DNA of 64,000 bases from Promethearchaeota archaeon (GCA_048940445.1 JBHLON010000012.1:17426-81425), one strand, 5' to 3'. Numbered from the stretch's first letter, positions 21,438 to 32,445 are shown. Numbers and translations are program-made. The notes: generated by a model not told the origin, from the letters alone.

Positions 21438-22649
21438 TTACTTAGTCTTAATCTTATTAATTTCAATTTCGATATATTCTTGAAGTTTTTCTATTTCTTT
21501 CATTTGCTTTTGAAATAAATCAATTTCCCTATCTAATATTTCTTTTTCTAAATTCTTTTTATCTAATTCGATATTTTTTGCTACCAAAAGATAAGACTTA
21601 ATTTTATTTAACGAAAGCTCTATATTTGTTACATTTACTTTAATTCCTTTTTTATATTTCTTAAAAATTTCAATTAATGTTCTGAAATTCTCAATAAAAT
21701 TCATCCACTGTTCTAGATTGTGGGTATTTTTCAATATTTTTATTGAATCATCCATATTTTCTAGTAAGGCTAAAAATATATTTCTAGGGCGTATTTCCGT
21801 AGAGATTTCTTTTAGTTTTGGTTCCAAATTTATATCTTCTATAATATCTTTTGTATAAGTAATTGAAATTTGATTCAAATCTTTTTTAGATTCACTTTTA
21901 TTATTGTTAAATTCTTCAATTTCGTCAATATCAGTGATCAATCGCAGTTCATCAACTTCAATCTGGGTAATTAATGGGGTAAATCTTACAGATAGATGTT
22001 TTTTCCCATAATAATTATTATTTGACCTTAAGATTTGAGTATAGACTTGTATGAAATCCTCACCAATAGGAGCAAATAACACACCATAATTTTGATCGAG
22101 CTGATCAAGCAATCGATAAATCTTTTCTTGCCTAATAGCTCCTGTTACTAAAATTTTTTTCCAAGGTCCCATCTCTGGCAAACCCTTCAAAGGGTTCTTT
22201 ACTAGAATTTTAATTTCATCGCTCAATCCAAGGCGGTCTATATTTTTTTGAGTAATCTTTGCGATTCTAGCATTTGCTTCTAAAATCACAATTTTTCCTT
22301 TTGGTGCTAATTTGTGAGCTAAAGCTGCAATATATCCACTCTTTGCTCCCAAGATCAATAAGTCGTCATTTTCATTTAAAATTAAATTTTGTAGCATTAT
22401 TGTAATCATATGTGGTGCTGATACAGTTCTCAAATTCTCAGGACGTTCCTTCTCATAATAAAAGAGAACAGGAGCGTCATCATAGATTCTTACAGATGGT
22501 AAAATTTCCTTTGGTATGAAATTATCTAACTTCACATCTAAAAACGCTTTGAATAACCGGATGTCTTTTAGATAACCATTATATAATAATGACAATAATA
22601 ATTGTATTTTTGAATAAAAATTATTTGTACTTTCCATAATATCTAACAA
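21438..22649 (-). CDS. Protein-L-isoaspartate O-methyltransferase-like with C-terminal helical extension
   Basis: TVSAPHM, LILGAKSGYIAA, ILVTGA, QL..GVLFAPIG, VRFTPL. Confidence 0.75.
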   Translation of the reverse strand: MLDIMESTNNFYSKIQLLLSLLYNGYLKDIRLFKAFLDVKLDNFIPKEILPSVRIYDDAPVLFYYEKERPENLRTVSAPHMITIMLQNLILNENDDLLILGAKSGYIAALAHKLAPKGKIVILEANARIAKITQKNIDRLGLSDEIKILVKNPLKGLPEMGPWKKILVTGAIRQEKIYRLLDQLDQNYGVLFAPIGEDFIQVYTQILRSNNNYYGKKHLSVRFTPLITQIEVDELRLITDIDEIEEFNNNKSESKKDLNQISITYTKDIIEDINLEPKLKEISTEIRPRNIFLALLENMDDSIKILKNTHNLEQWMNFIENFRTLIEIFKKYKKGIKVNVTNIELSLNKIKSYLLVAKNIELDKKNLEKEILDREIDLFQKQMKEIEKLQEYIEIEINKIKTK

Positions 22650-22746
22650 AATTAAGATAACTCTTATTGTTATTATATCTTTTTATAATAATATATTTAT
22701 AAAGTTATTTTACATAACATTTCAAAAAATTCACACACATTAAATT

Positions 22747-23325
22747 ATGTATGTATTATCAGCTGAAGGTTTTAAAGGAGCAAGAGTCACTTTACTTTTA
22801 ATCACTGCCAATATTATCTTTTTTATATCGTTTAATCCTGCTTTTGATCAAAATATATTCTATTTATTTGTACAAAATAATGATAGAATCATCAATCATT
22901 TTGAATATTGGCGATTATTTACAGCAATGTTTCTCCACTATGATATTTTACATATTTTTTCCAATATGTTTGCATTATTGTTTTTCGGAACTTTTATTGA
23001 GTATAATTTTTCCAAATTGGCTTTTATTGGTTTGTATTTTATTTCAGGTTTAATTGGAAATATATTTTCATTAATTTTTCTCCCACTAAACATAAATAGC
23101 TTAGGAGCATCTGGTTGTATTTTTGGATTAATTGGAGCAGCGTTAGTAATTATAATAAAACAAAAGAATAGAATTTTATTAATGCTAGCTGGTGCATATG
23201 TAGTCTACTTTGTGGTATCATCATTTTTACCTGGAGTAAATTTCTATGCCCATATTTTTGGATTACTTGGAGGTTTTATTTTTGGATATTTGTTAAAAAG
23301 AAAAGAAGAGATAGCAAGATACTAA
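22747..23325 (+). CDS. Rhomboid intramembrane serine protease
   Basis: EYWRLFTAMFLH, HIFSNM, GASG, AHIFG. Confidence 0.92.
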   Translation: MYVLSAEGFKGARVTLLLITANIIFFISFNPAFDQNIFYLFVQNNDRIINHFEYWRLFTAMFLHYDILHIFSNMFALLFFGTFIEYNFSKLAFIGLYFISGLIGNIFSLIFLPLNINSLGASGCIFGLIGAALVIIIKQKNRILLMLAGAYVVYFVVSSFLPGVNFYAHIFGLLGGFIFGYLLKRKEEIARY

Positions 23326-23342
23326 TAGGTTATAAAAAATCA

Positions 23343-24002
23343 TCATTTCCTTTTTTCCTTTTGAATCTGTTCCATAGAAAAATCTTTGGGGCAAAATTTA
23401 TCTAATGGACATATATTACACTTAGGACTAGTAGGTAAACATGTTTCTTGTCCAAATCTTACGAGTAGCCGATTAATGCGAATCCAATCCTTTTTTGGAA
23501 TTAAATCTTTTAACTTATTCTCTGTTTCTTTAGTATTTTTCGATTTGACCCAACCTAGCCTATTACTTATTCTATGTACATGAGTGTCAACAGGGATAGC
23601 TGGAATTTTGAATGCATAGACTAAAACACAATTAGCAGTTTTAGCACCAACACCTGGAAGGTTTAATAATTCTTTAAATTTATTTGGGACTTTTCCATTA
23701 AATTTTTCTAATAATAATTTGGAAACTTCTTTTATACGAGCCGCTTTAACTTTATAAAATCCAGATTTATAAATAAGCTGTTCAATGTCTTCAACATCAG
23801 CATTAGCAATTTCATTCGGAGTTTGATATTTTTCAAATAACCTTTCTGTCGCTTCTTTAGTGTTGGCATCTCTAGTTCTTGCAGATAATATAGTTGATAT
23901 TAATATCTTAAATGGGTCTTGTTTTTTATTCGCTAATTCATCTAAATGAGCTTCTCCTTTAAGAGTGTTTTCTATTTCGTCCAACATCTGTACAATATCC
24001 AT
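23343..24002 (-). CDS. nth: Endonuclease III
   Basis: HhH LPGVGAKTA, VDTHV, C-x6-C-x2-C-x5-C FeS motif. Confidence 0.93.
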   Translation of the reverse strand: MDIVQMLDEIENTLKGEAHLDELANKKQDPFKILISTILSARTRDANTKEATERLFEKYQTPNEIANADVEDIEQLIYKSGFYKVKAARIKEVSKLLLEKFNGKVPNKFKELLNLPGVGAKTANCVLVYAFKIPAIPVDTHVHRISNRLGWVKSKNTKETENKLKDLIPKKDWIRINRLLVRFGQETCLPTSPKCNICPLDKFCPKDFSMEQIQKEKRK

Positions 24003-24014
24003 ACAAATCTCTTA

Positions 24015-25418
24015 CTATTTTCCCTTTTCAAATAAATATAACTTCCTTTTAATAATCTGTCCTTTTTTAACATCAATCATCGCTCTTACTTGACTTTTCT
24101 GGAACTGTAGCTTTCGATTGGACTTATTAATAATCCGATCTGTGTCTAATAATGGAATAAGTTTAAAATTGTTCGCATTTGCGATTTGTTCAATATTTAT
24201 TTGAATGTCACCTCCATCTAAGGTTTCAAAAATAGGAGAAATTATACAAATTCGCCCTTTTTCTTTAAGAACTTTATAACTTTCTCTAAAAGTACTTTCA
24301 AAGATTGATTTTAATTTAGATTCAATTAATTCCTTAACTTCAGTATAATATGGTTTTTCTGTGTAAAAAGGACCTAATTCTGGCTCAGTGCATATTCCAT
24401 CGAAAAAATTCTCTTTGAAAAATGCTGATAAATTACCTATATCTGTCTGAATTATTTTATCTTTTAGTGATAACGGTGTTGGCTCTTCAAGTTCCGTGAA
24501 TAGCCAATTGACATTTCTAATTGTATTATTAACTTTTTCTTTATCTATATCCGAACCATAAATTTGAAAATCTTGAATTAAAGCAAACAATAAAATAGTG
24601 CCGTTTCCAGCAAAAGGATCAAGAATAATTTTTTGGTGTCGGTTATCAAAGAGATTTAAGAAATTCAACATAATAATTGACAATTTTGGTGAAATACTAC
24701 TCTTAAATTCCTTAAATGGTCTCTCTTCATCAATTTTTTTCTTAAAGTTGGGGTCATCACATGTAAAAGTTCTTGCAATATAGACTCCTTCTTCAGTAAA
24801 ACCAAAAACGATTTCTGCACGGTCCTGGTTAAATAGCCCATATTTTATGATATGGTGAGGAAAAATAGGATTCAGAGTTCCCTTCTTAATATATTCTTCC
24901 GGATATTGATAATATAATGCTTTTTTAACACCTTTTTCCTTCAAAATGTTCAAAATTTCTTTATTTAGAAAAGGTAAATAGTGTTTTACCAGAACATTAG
25001 AATAGTATTCTTCTTCATAAAGATTTGGATAAATTGAAACTGCATAAAATATATTTTCATTCTTTATTTTTAAAAAGATTTTCTCTAAACTTGTGCTTAA
25101 AATAGATATAATTTTTTTACGCATTTTTTGAATTTTTTTAAAATTATCAATCTTTAAAGGAAAGCCATCAAAAATATCATTAATGTGAATGAAATCAAAT
25201 ATTTTTGCTACTTTTTGAGTGCCACCTAATATATATTGAAATTCCATCAGTTCATTAATGTAATGCTTATGCTCATGTAATTTCTCAAACTCAACAATCG
25301 CTATATTAGCTGAATAGTCAGTAATTCTCCCTTTAAATTTAGAATATTTTAAAACATTATCTAATTCTGCCAAGGAAAGTTGCCAATTTGATCCTAATAC
25401 TATTAAATATTTTTCCAT
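24015..25418 (-). CDS. Trm11/TrmG10-like tRNA N2-guanine methyltransferase
   Basis: SISPKL, ILDPFAGNGT, GSDID, CTEPELG. Confidence 0.7.
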   Translation of the reverse strand: MEKYLIVLGSNWQLSLAELDNVLKYSKFKGRITDYSANIAIVEFEKLHEHKHYINELMEFQYILGGTQKVAKIFDFIHINDIFDGFPLKIDNFKKIQKMRKKIISILSTSLEKIFLKIKNENIFYAVSIYPNLYEEEYYSNVLVKHYLPFLNKEILNILKEKGVKKALYYQYPEEYIKKGTLNPIFPHHIIKYGLFNQDRAEIVFGFTEEGVYIARTFTCDDPNFKKKIDEERPFKEFKSSISPKLSIIMLNFLNLFDNRHQKIILDPFAGNGTILLFALIQDFQIYGSDIDKEKVNNTIRNVNWLFTELEEPTPLSLKDKIIQTDIGNLSAFFKENFFDGICTEPELGPFYTEKPYYTEVKELIESKLKSIFESTFRESYKVLKEKGRICIISPIFETLDGGDIQINIEQIANANNFKLIPLLDTDRIINKSNRKLQFQKSQVRAMIDVKKGQIIKRKLYLFEKGK

Positions 25419-25497
25419 CTTAAATGAATAAAGCTTGCTTAAAATTGGAAAATAAGGATAAAATTTCTATTTTATTGTTTTTAATTAAAAAGGGTTT

Positions 25498-26757
25498 TTA
25501 TAGATCAAAAACATATTTAATGACAGAAATTATATCAGCTTTCCTAGCATTAGAGGGCAATTCAATATCATATTCATTGCAAAATTTCTTTAATTCCCTT
25601 ACCGTCCAATCATTTAAATCATCAGGCAATTCAGCTAATCCTTGTTTCATTTTTTCTTCTTTTTCTAAATCAATTGTCCGTTCCAGTTTTTCTCCAGTCA
25701 ATTCTTCAATTGCTCCTAAAATATCTTCTAAGGCCTCTTTTTTCCTCTCCGGGATCGCTTCTAATAATTCTTCTTCCGGTTTTTCTTGATCCTTTAAAGC
25801 TTTTTTAATGGCTTCTAGGTGTTCTTTTTTCTTTTCTAATCTGTCTTTTTTAACTTTTTCAATTTCCCCCAAAATTTCATTATAGTGATCTTTAAAATAT
25901 TTAAGAGCTCCATTTATTAGATCAGAAAAATTCTCCCAACCTCCTTTACTTATAATAGAGTCACCCCAATGAAACAAATCTAATTGAAGATCAATTGTGA
26001 TTGCTTTTCCTTCCATTCCAATATCTGTAGTTAACCATCTTAAAATATTTGCAATAATTAGATCATTATCAAATGCTGAAAAGCCGTATTCTCGCCCTAA
26101 TGAAGATAAAATCGATAAAGTGCCAAAAGCAACAACCTTGCCCTTAAAATATTCAACAGCAACCATTAATGGAATCTTAGGACAGTCCTCCTCAATCCAC
26201 TCTTTCCCATCGAATCTATTTCTCCAACAATTTAAACCTCCTTTTACAATTATTTCAATATTAATATTTTCTTCTTCTAAAAAATCTAGAACTTCAATAG
26301 AGCATGGATTTGAGAGAACTAATTTTTTTATTTGCTCAGTTATAAAGTGAGGTTTAAGGTCTTGCAATAGAGGTCTCTTCTGCAGATTAACATAAGTAAC
26401 AGAATCAGAAATTTCATCAGATGCGAATTGAAATCCAATTTTGCGCGTTAATTCATTTAAATTGGTACGATTTAAATAATCTCCCCCTCTAGCTCCCATA
26501 ATTAACATACTTCCGCCATTTTTTATGTATTCTTCCAGCGTCTCCAGTTCTTTTGGGCTCAGATTAATGTTTTTGGGAGTTGACATAATAACCACATCGT
26601 AATTTCCTAATTTTTCTGAAGAGAAACCAGCTTCAATTTTACCTAATTTATATCCTGAATTAAATAGAAATTGGGTGAAATCAGCATAACTGGGTGCTTC
26701 TAAGCTTAGCATATTATTATGCGAATAATCTAACCCAATTGTGATATCATTTTTCAT
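25498..26757 (-). CDS. GIFT(GldG/IFT52)/DUF4350-like domain + RHH-like segment + coiled coil + HeH/LEM-like domain
   Basis: IGLDYSHNN..YIKNGGSMLI..GKVVAFG..DN..NILRWL; ITIDL..GGWENFSDLINGAL; WTVRELKKFC..IELPSNARKADII. Confidence 0.6.
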   Translation of the reverse strand: MKNDITIGLDYSHNNMLSLEAPSYADFTQFLFNSGYKLGKIEAGFSSEKLGNYDVVIMSTPKNINLSPKELETLEEYIKNGGSMLIMGARGGDYLNRTNLNELTRKIGFQFASDEISDSVTYVNLQKRPLLQDLKPHFITEQIKKLVLSNPCSIEVLDFLEEENINIEIIVKGGLNCWRNRFDGKEWIEEDCPKIPLMVAVEYFKGKVVAFGTLSILSSLGREYGFSAFDNDLIIANILRWLTTDIGMEGKAITIDLQLDLFHWGDSIISKGGWENFSDLINGALKYFKDHYNEILGEIEKVKKDRLEKKKEHLEAIKKALKDQEKPEEELLEAIPERKKEALEDILGAIEELTGEKLERTIDLEKEEKMKQGLAELPDDLNDWTVRELKKFCNEYDIELPSNARKADIISVIKYVFDL

Positions 26758-26908
26758 AAGCAGTGATCATTCCTTTTTATTCTGTTTAATAATAATAATC
26801 CTTATTTTTAAATTTCTTTTTAGCTCATTTTAAATCTTTTAATTCATCTATTTTTAAGAACCTAATAGAAACACAATTTAATGAGTTTTTTGATTTATAG
26901 AACTGAAT

Positions 26909-27766
26909 TTAAGCCTTTAAGGTTAATATATCTATAACTGTATGATATAAATTAGGTCCATAGCTTTTAACAAATCGTTTCCCTAAAAGTTCACAGTTTA
27001 TTTTTTCTGCATTGGCTATTTCTTTGAATTCCTCAAATAACATCATATAATCTTCTTTATTTATCACACCTTCATAATGATATATAGTACCATTTTCATT
27101 TACAAGAGCCAAAGCATTCTTTATATATTTTTTAGGAGCTGGGAGTACCCCCATAATGACTCTATCAACTGAAATCGTCAATTTACTTAATTTAATTACT
27201 TCTTGCTTACAATCACCTTGAATTGGAATAATAATTCCTTCAAGATGGTTAAGTTTAATATTTTCTACTAAATATCTATAGGCATCTGGGTTCAATTCAA
27301 TACTATAAATTTTGCTTGGTTTTGCATTTTTAGCAATTGGAAGAGAAAAATAACCTATACCTGCGAACATATCTACAATTATTTCACCTTGCTTCACCAA
27401 GCTTGCTAAATATTTTCTCTCATTAACATTTCCCTTGCTAAACATCAATTTTGTAATATCAAACTTATATATAACATTATGTTCCTTATGTTCAACTATG
27501 GGGTTATCTTCACCAGCAATCAATTCCATTTTTTCTGGGATTCTAAATTTTCCAATTATTTTACCAGAATTAAGATATACGGACCTGAAATTATGATAAA
27601 TTTCTAAACATGTTGTCCCAATTAAAAACCTACTTTCATATAGTTTCGAGTTCAGTCGTAATATCATAATTTTTCCTAAATTTTGAAATCCGCTAGGAAG
27701 GTAAGAAAATTCTTGTTCTGTTAATACTGATTTAAGTTTTTCCTTAAGGATGTCTTTAAAACCCAT
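26909..27766 (-). CDS. Met-10+/Trm5/Taw2(TYW2)-family SAM-dependent tRNA-modifying enzyme
   Basis: MFSKGNVNER, VDMFAGIGYF, ELNP, DRVIMG, VKSYGP. Confidence 0.85.
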   Translation of the reverse strand: MGFKDILKEKLKSVLTEQEFSYLPSGFQNLGKIMILRLNSKLYESRFLIGTTCLEIYHNFRSVYLNSGKIIGKFRIPEKMELIAGEDNPIVEHKEHNVIYKFDITKLMFSKGNVNERKYLASLVKQGEIIVDMFAGIGYFSLPIAKNAKPSKIYSIELNPDAYRYLVENIKLNHLEGIIIPIQGDCKQEVIKLSKLTISVDRVIMGVLPAPKKYIKNALALVNENGTIYHYEGVINKEDYMMLFEEFKEIANAEKINCELLGKRFVKSYGPNLYHTVIDILTLKA

Positions 27767-27908
27767 GAATTCTCATTCAGATGATTTAATTAATAATAAA
27801 ATTATAAAAACGTCAAGTTAAATTATTATATTATCATAAATCATTCATATTATTATAAGATATGAAAATTATTCTAAATTTTAAAAAATAAAAAATATAT
27901 GATCTATT

Positions 27909-29768
27909 ATGCCAAGCATAGAAGATAAAGAATTTTTAGTTGATGAAAATAAAGTATGGTTTACCGGGGGTTATTGGCCAGAAGGGGTTCCACACCAATT
28001 AAAGGATGTAGAAGATGTTGATGTTTTGCCATTATGGGAGTACTTTATAGATGCAGCTAACAGATATGAAACATGGGATGAAAACATTTGTATTTTTGTA
28101 TATGGTTCATATATCGAACGAGTGAAATTAAGAACTCTATTTGACTATGCCAAACAATTCGGAACATTCCTCTATGATAACTTAGGTATTAGAAAAGGGG
28201 ATGTAGTAGCAATAGATCTCCCTAATTCTATAAATTTTGTCGTAGCTTATATGGGATGCCAATATATAGGAGCAATAGTTCAAGGTATCAATCCTACTTA
28301 TAGACCAATGGAACTTTTACATTCCTTAACTATGACTAACGCTAAAGTCTTTGTAATGATGGATATGTTGTATATCGCTGGACCAAAAGATATCTTGCCT
28401 AAAACAAGTGTGAAATTTGTAATACCTTCGAATTTTGTTGACTTTCTTACTGCTGATGAGACAATCATAGAGAAATTAGGAATTCCAAATGCAAAAGATA
28501 GGATTCCAAACGAAACAGAACATTATAAGGTATATTGGATGGATAAAATTATTAAAGATACAAAACCGGTTGAAATAGAAACAAGAATTGATCCCTGGGT
28601 GGATCCCGCTGTCTATCTGATGACAGGAGGGACTACCGGATTACCAAAGGTTGCGATGCTCTCCCACGCCAATCTCACATGTGATCTTAATATGGGAAAA
28701 GATTGGACAAATTTAAAAGCAGGGATGATAACTATTGGCTCTATTCCATTTTTCCATAGCTTCGGTCTAACATGTGTCATGAATGCAGCTCTTGGCTTAG
28801 GAATGGTTATGCTCCTATTCCCAAAGCCACCCTCAGATGAAGACTTATGCGAAGCAATAAATAAGATTGATGCTCCTGAGGGAATTATGTATACCGGAGT
28901 TGAAATGTTATTTAAAAGGCTTACTGATTTCGTAACTGGTATGGGTGAAGATGGATTCAAGGAAAAATATGATTTTTGGAAAAAATTGAAATATGCAACA
29001 CAAGGTGCGGGACCTCTCCATGACTATGTTCGATTACCTTTTGAAGAGATATTCTGTCCGATACGTTCTGGTTATGGATTGACTGAGACTTCTCCTATGC
29101 AGAGTATTGCTCCATTTTGGGGCCCAACTAAAACTGGAAAGTTAGGTTTACCCCTTCCTGGTGCTGATTGGGCTATATTTCCTTCAGATAATTTTGAAGC
29201 AGGACCGATTTGTGATGGGACTAAAGAGAAAGGAGGATTTGGAATTGAAAATACAGGAGAAATTTGTCTAGCTGGACCACATATAATGTTAGGATATTTG
29301 GGAGAACAAGCTGAGCAGGAAGATAATTTAAAATATTGGGGCGGAAAACGATGGCTTCTCAGTGGTGATATTGGATTCATGGATGAGCATGGATGGGTTG
29401 AGATACGTGACCGTAAGAAGTCTTTAATAAAGGTTTCTGGTCATTCTGTGTTTCCCAAAGAGGTTGAGGAGCTCATGGGAAATCATGAAATGATAGATGA
29501 GGTTGCCATAGCAGGAATTCCAGATGAATATAGCGGAGAAGCGGTGAAAGCATGGGTTACCTTGAAAAAGGGATATAAAGCTGATAGGGACATAACTGTT
29601 GATGACCTAAAGGCATGGTGTTTAGAGAATATGGCCAAATGGAAGTCTCCTAAATATATTGAGTTCATACGTAAAATGCCTGTAAGTATGACTGGTAAAG
29701 TGCAACGGAGAGAACTTCAAGAGAAAGATTTAGGAAAATTAAAAGAAGGTAAGGAAATAAAAGGTTAA
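27909..29768 (+). CDS. Long-chain acyl-CoA synthetase (AMP-forming)
   Basis: TGGTTGLPK, PFFHSFG, GYGLTE, SGDIG, DRKK, TGKV. Confidence 0.92.
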   Translation: MPSIEDKEFLVDENKVWFTGGYWPEGVPHQLKDVEDVDVLPLWEYFIDAANRYETWDENICIFVYGSYIERVKLRTLFDYAKQFGTFLYDNLGIRKGDVVAIDLPNSINFVVAYMGCQYIGAIVQGINPTYRPMELLHSLTMTNAKVFVMMDMLYIAGPKDILPKTSVKFVIPSNFVDFLTADETIIEKLGIPNAKDRIPNETEHYKVYWMDKIIKDTKPVEIETRIDPWVDPAVYLMTGGTTGLPKVAMLSHANLTCDLNMGKDWTNLKAGMITIGSIPFFHSFGLTCVMNAALGLGMVMLLFPKPPSDEDLCEAINKIDAPEGIMYTGVEMLFKRLTDFVTGMGEDGFKEKYDFWKKLKYATQGAGPLHDYVRLPFEEIFCPIRSGYGLTETSPMQSIAPFWGPTKTGKLGLPLPGADWAIFPSDNFEAGPICDGTKEKGGFGIENTGEICLAGPHIMLGYLGEQAEQEDNLKYWGGKRWLLSGDIGFMDEHGWVEIRDRKKSLIKVSGHSVFPKEVEELMGNHEMIDEVAIAGIPDEYSGEAVKAWVTLKKGYKADRDITVDDLKAWCLENMAKWKSPKYIEFIRKMPVSMTGKVQRRELQEKDLGKLKEGKEIKG

Positions 29769-29770
29769 TC

Positions 29771-29800
29771 TCTTTTTTTTTAATTTATCTTATTTTTTTG
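29771..29800 (+). terminator. Oligo-T archaeal terminator candidate
   Basis: T-rich tracts directly after the acyl-CoA synthetase stop. Confidence 0.35.
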
Positions 29801-29933
29801 ACATAATTTTTAATACTAGTTCTTTTATTATACTTTTAATATAGATCTCGAGAGTTTTAAAGTTCTATAATTTTATTTTTTAATATTTAAACCTTAAGAA
29901 TATATTTCATCTATATTAGTTGGTGGGGTTGAA

Positions 29934-30785
29934 ATGGAACAGGCTGTTAAAGAGTTAGAAATAGCATGTCCCGCTTGTGGGACAATAAAAAGTTTAAGAA
30001 TTCCACTCAAGGTTTTTTCTCAAAAAAAGTATGGTTTCATAAAGATTCAAGTACCTCAAGGAGCTGTATGTGAAGATCGTTTTATGATTTTAGCGGATCC
30101 AAATGGTAAAATTTTAGGTTATGAAACCATTGACATGTTCATTTCGAAATTAAAACCAGATGATGAGGTTAACGTTGAACAACCAAAAGGAATATCAATT
30201 AAAGATTACATTCATGAATTTGGTTTTAATTGTCTTGCTGGAATAATTCACGCTAGTTTATTTGGTTATCCTGCCTTTATTATAACTAAAATGGATGAGA
30301 ATGTAGATGTAAAACCTTTAAATGAAATGATAGATGGATTGATACCTGAAAACTATCGGAATAACCATGTATTAGAAAAAATTGAGTATGATCCCGAAAT
30401 TTACCCTAATCCTGGTTTTTACTACGCTTTAGTGGCAGATCAACAAAAATTTGATTTTCTAATAAATACTTACAAGCATGTTATACAAGATCCTTTTGAG
30501 ACAGATATTAAATATGAACAAGTAATTTTAAGAAATGCTTTAAAAGAAAAAAATGAAAATGGAATTCCCTTTAAGACGATAGCAGATTATATTTTGCGCT
30601 TTATAAGAGATGTAGAATTTGCGGCTTCAATTCTTAGTGCTAGTGAGAAAATCTCCGAAAAAGATTTAATGAAAGAAATGAATGATCGATTAACGTTATC
30701 ATCAATTAATAAAACACGTATGAAATATATCAAGGAATTTATAAATCGAAGAGTTTCAGCTGATTTGGTTTCAAAAATAAAATAA
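29934..30785 (+). CDS. Hypothetical protein with N-terminal CPxC zinc-ribbon-like domain
   Basis: CPACG..VPQGAVCED.F..DPNGKILGYE. Confidence 0.6.
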   Translation: MEQAVKELEIACPACGTIKSLRIPLKVFSQKKYGFIKIQVPQGAVCEDRFMILADPNGKILGYETIDMFISKLKPDDEVNVEQPKGISIKDYIHEFGFNCLAGIIHASLFGYPAFIITKMDENVDVKPLNEMIDGLIPENYRNNHVLEKIEYDPEIYPNPGFYYALVADQQKFDFLINTYKHVIQDPFETDIKYEQVILRNALKEKNENGIPFKTIADYILRFIRDVEFAASILSASEKISEKDLMKEMNDRLTLSSINKTRMKYIKEFINRRVSADLVSKIK

Positions 30786-30816
30786 TAATAAATAGAAAAA
30801 ATAATTTTGTTTAAGT

Positions 30817-32445
30817 TTAAGAGGAATTAAGTTTTTTATACGTTTTTCCCATAACTTTATAGATATTCAAATATTCCTTGAAAAGTTTATCATAAATAGA
30901 TCTATTTTCTAGATTTGGTTTGAAGATACCTGAATATTGGATATAATTTGGAATCTGATCCCATGTAATATACCCAAGACCTACTGATGCTATAAAAGCC
31001 GCTCCACGAGCGTTTGCTTGTATAGGATCCTTTACTTTTTTTATTGTCCTATTTAGAACATCTGCAAATATCTGACACCATATATTACTATTTGCTCCCC
31101 CCCCAATCATATTTAACTCTGGTATTACAACTTCACTTTTTGGAATACTTATTCCCTCCTTTTTCTTAAGTTTTTTTACATATTGTTCTACAATTAGAAA
31201 TAGCCATTTAACATTATATGCAACTCCTTCAAAGATTGCTCTAATCAAATGCTCTCTTGACATTTCTAAAGAAATATTATATAACCCTCCTCTAACGGTA
31301 TGATCATCAACAGGAGTTCTCTCTCCTATGAGCCATGGAGTAAAGATCAGACTATTTGCTCCTGGAGGCGTTTTTTCTACAATCTTATCAAAAATTTTAT
31401 AAACATCAGGGACAGCTTCTTCTTTTAAAAGCTCATCTTTGTGATAGAGAATTTTATCTCTAAGGAATGATAAGGATCCTCCAGCTATCTCTTGTTCATT
31501 GATTATCATGTATCTACCAGGAATTCCTGAAGCAATAGAGCCTATATTATGAAATATGTCTGCCTTTTTATATGGTACGTGGCAAATAAGCCAATCGCTG
31601 GTCCCAATATAGATATGGCTTTCATAATCTCGAACTGCACCAGAACCTATGGCAGCTGATGGAATATCAGGAGCTCCAGCAATCACTTTAGTGGTTTTTT
31701 CTAATCCTAATTCATCTGCTACTTCATTTTTTATAGATCCTAAAACATCCGTAGAATTAATTAATTCAGAAGGAAATTTGCTTTTATCTATTTTTACCAT
31801 TTTAATTAATTTTTTTGACCACTGGATATTATTAATATCTCTTATGTCAGTTAACCAATGTATTCCTAACGTTGTAAAAGAAGAAGCAAATTTACCTGAT
31901 AGTCTCAGATTAATATAATCTTGAGGTTCTAAAAACATAAAAGTTTTTTCGTAAATCTCTGGGAGTTCATTTTTAAGCCATAATATATGTGCAACAGGGT
32001 CTTTACCGCTTAAAGTCGGAGCTCCACCAGTTCTTTTAACAAATTTTAAAGCTTTGATAATATTTAATCCTCCAAATTGAAGTAAGCCTTTGTAAAACTT
32101 TTGAATATATGGTGCTCCTCGAGTATCCATCCAAATTATTGCATTCATCAAATGATTACCATCTTTATCTAAAGGTACGGTACCACTCCATTGACTTGTA
32201 TTACACACTCCTACAATATCTTCTACATGTATGGAAGTATTATCAATAACTTGTTTAGCTGTCTTTAATATAGCATTCCACCATTCCTCTGGATCTTGTT
32301 CTGCTCCTCCTCCTTTCTGTACGTATAATGGGACTTCTTGGAAAGCCCATTCAACAACCTCTCCGTGTGTGGAAACGATTGCACTTTTAGGGCCTCCAGT
32401 TCCATGATCTATAGCAAGTATATATTTTTTTTCAGAATTTATCAT
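30817..32445 (-). CDS. FGGY-family carbohydrate kinase (xylulokinase-like)
   Basis: AIDHGTGGPK, EQDP, WMDTR, GERTP, IGGGANS. Confidence 0.9.
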   Translation of the reverse strand: MINSEKKYILAIDHGTGGPKSAIVSTHGEVVEWAFQEVPLYVQKGGGAEQDPEEWWNAILKTAKQVIDNTSIHVEDIVGVCNTSQWSGTVPLDKDGNHLMNAIIWMDTRGAPYIQKFYKGLLQFGGLNIIKALKFVKRTGGAPTLSGKDPVAHILWLKNELPEIYEKTFMFLEPQDYINLRLSGKFASSFTTLGIHWLTDIRDINNIQWSKKLIKMVKIDKSKFPSELINSTDVLGSIKNEVADELGLEKTTKVIAGAPDIPSAAIGSGAVRDYESHIYIGTSDWLICHVPYKKADIFHNIGSIASGIPGRYMIINEQEIAGGSLSFLRDKILYHKDELLKEEAVPDVYKIFDKIVEKTPPGANSLIFTPWLIGERTPVDDHTVRGGLYNISLEMSREHLIRAIFEGVAYNVKWLFLIVEQYVKKLKKKEGISIPKSEVVIPELNMIGGGANSNIWCQIFADVLNRTIKKVKDPIQANARGAAFIASVGLGYITWDQIPNYIQYSGIFKPNLENRSIYDKLFKEYLNIYKVMGKTYKKLNSS

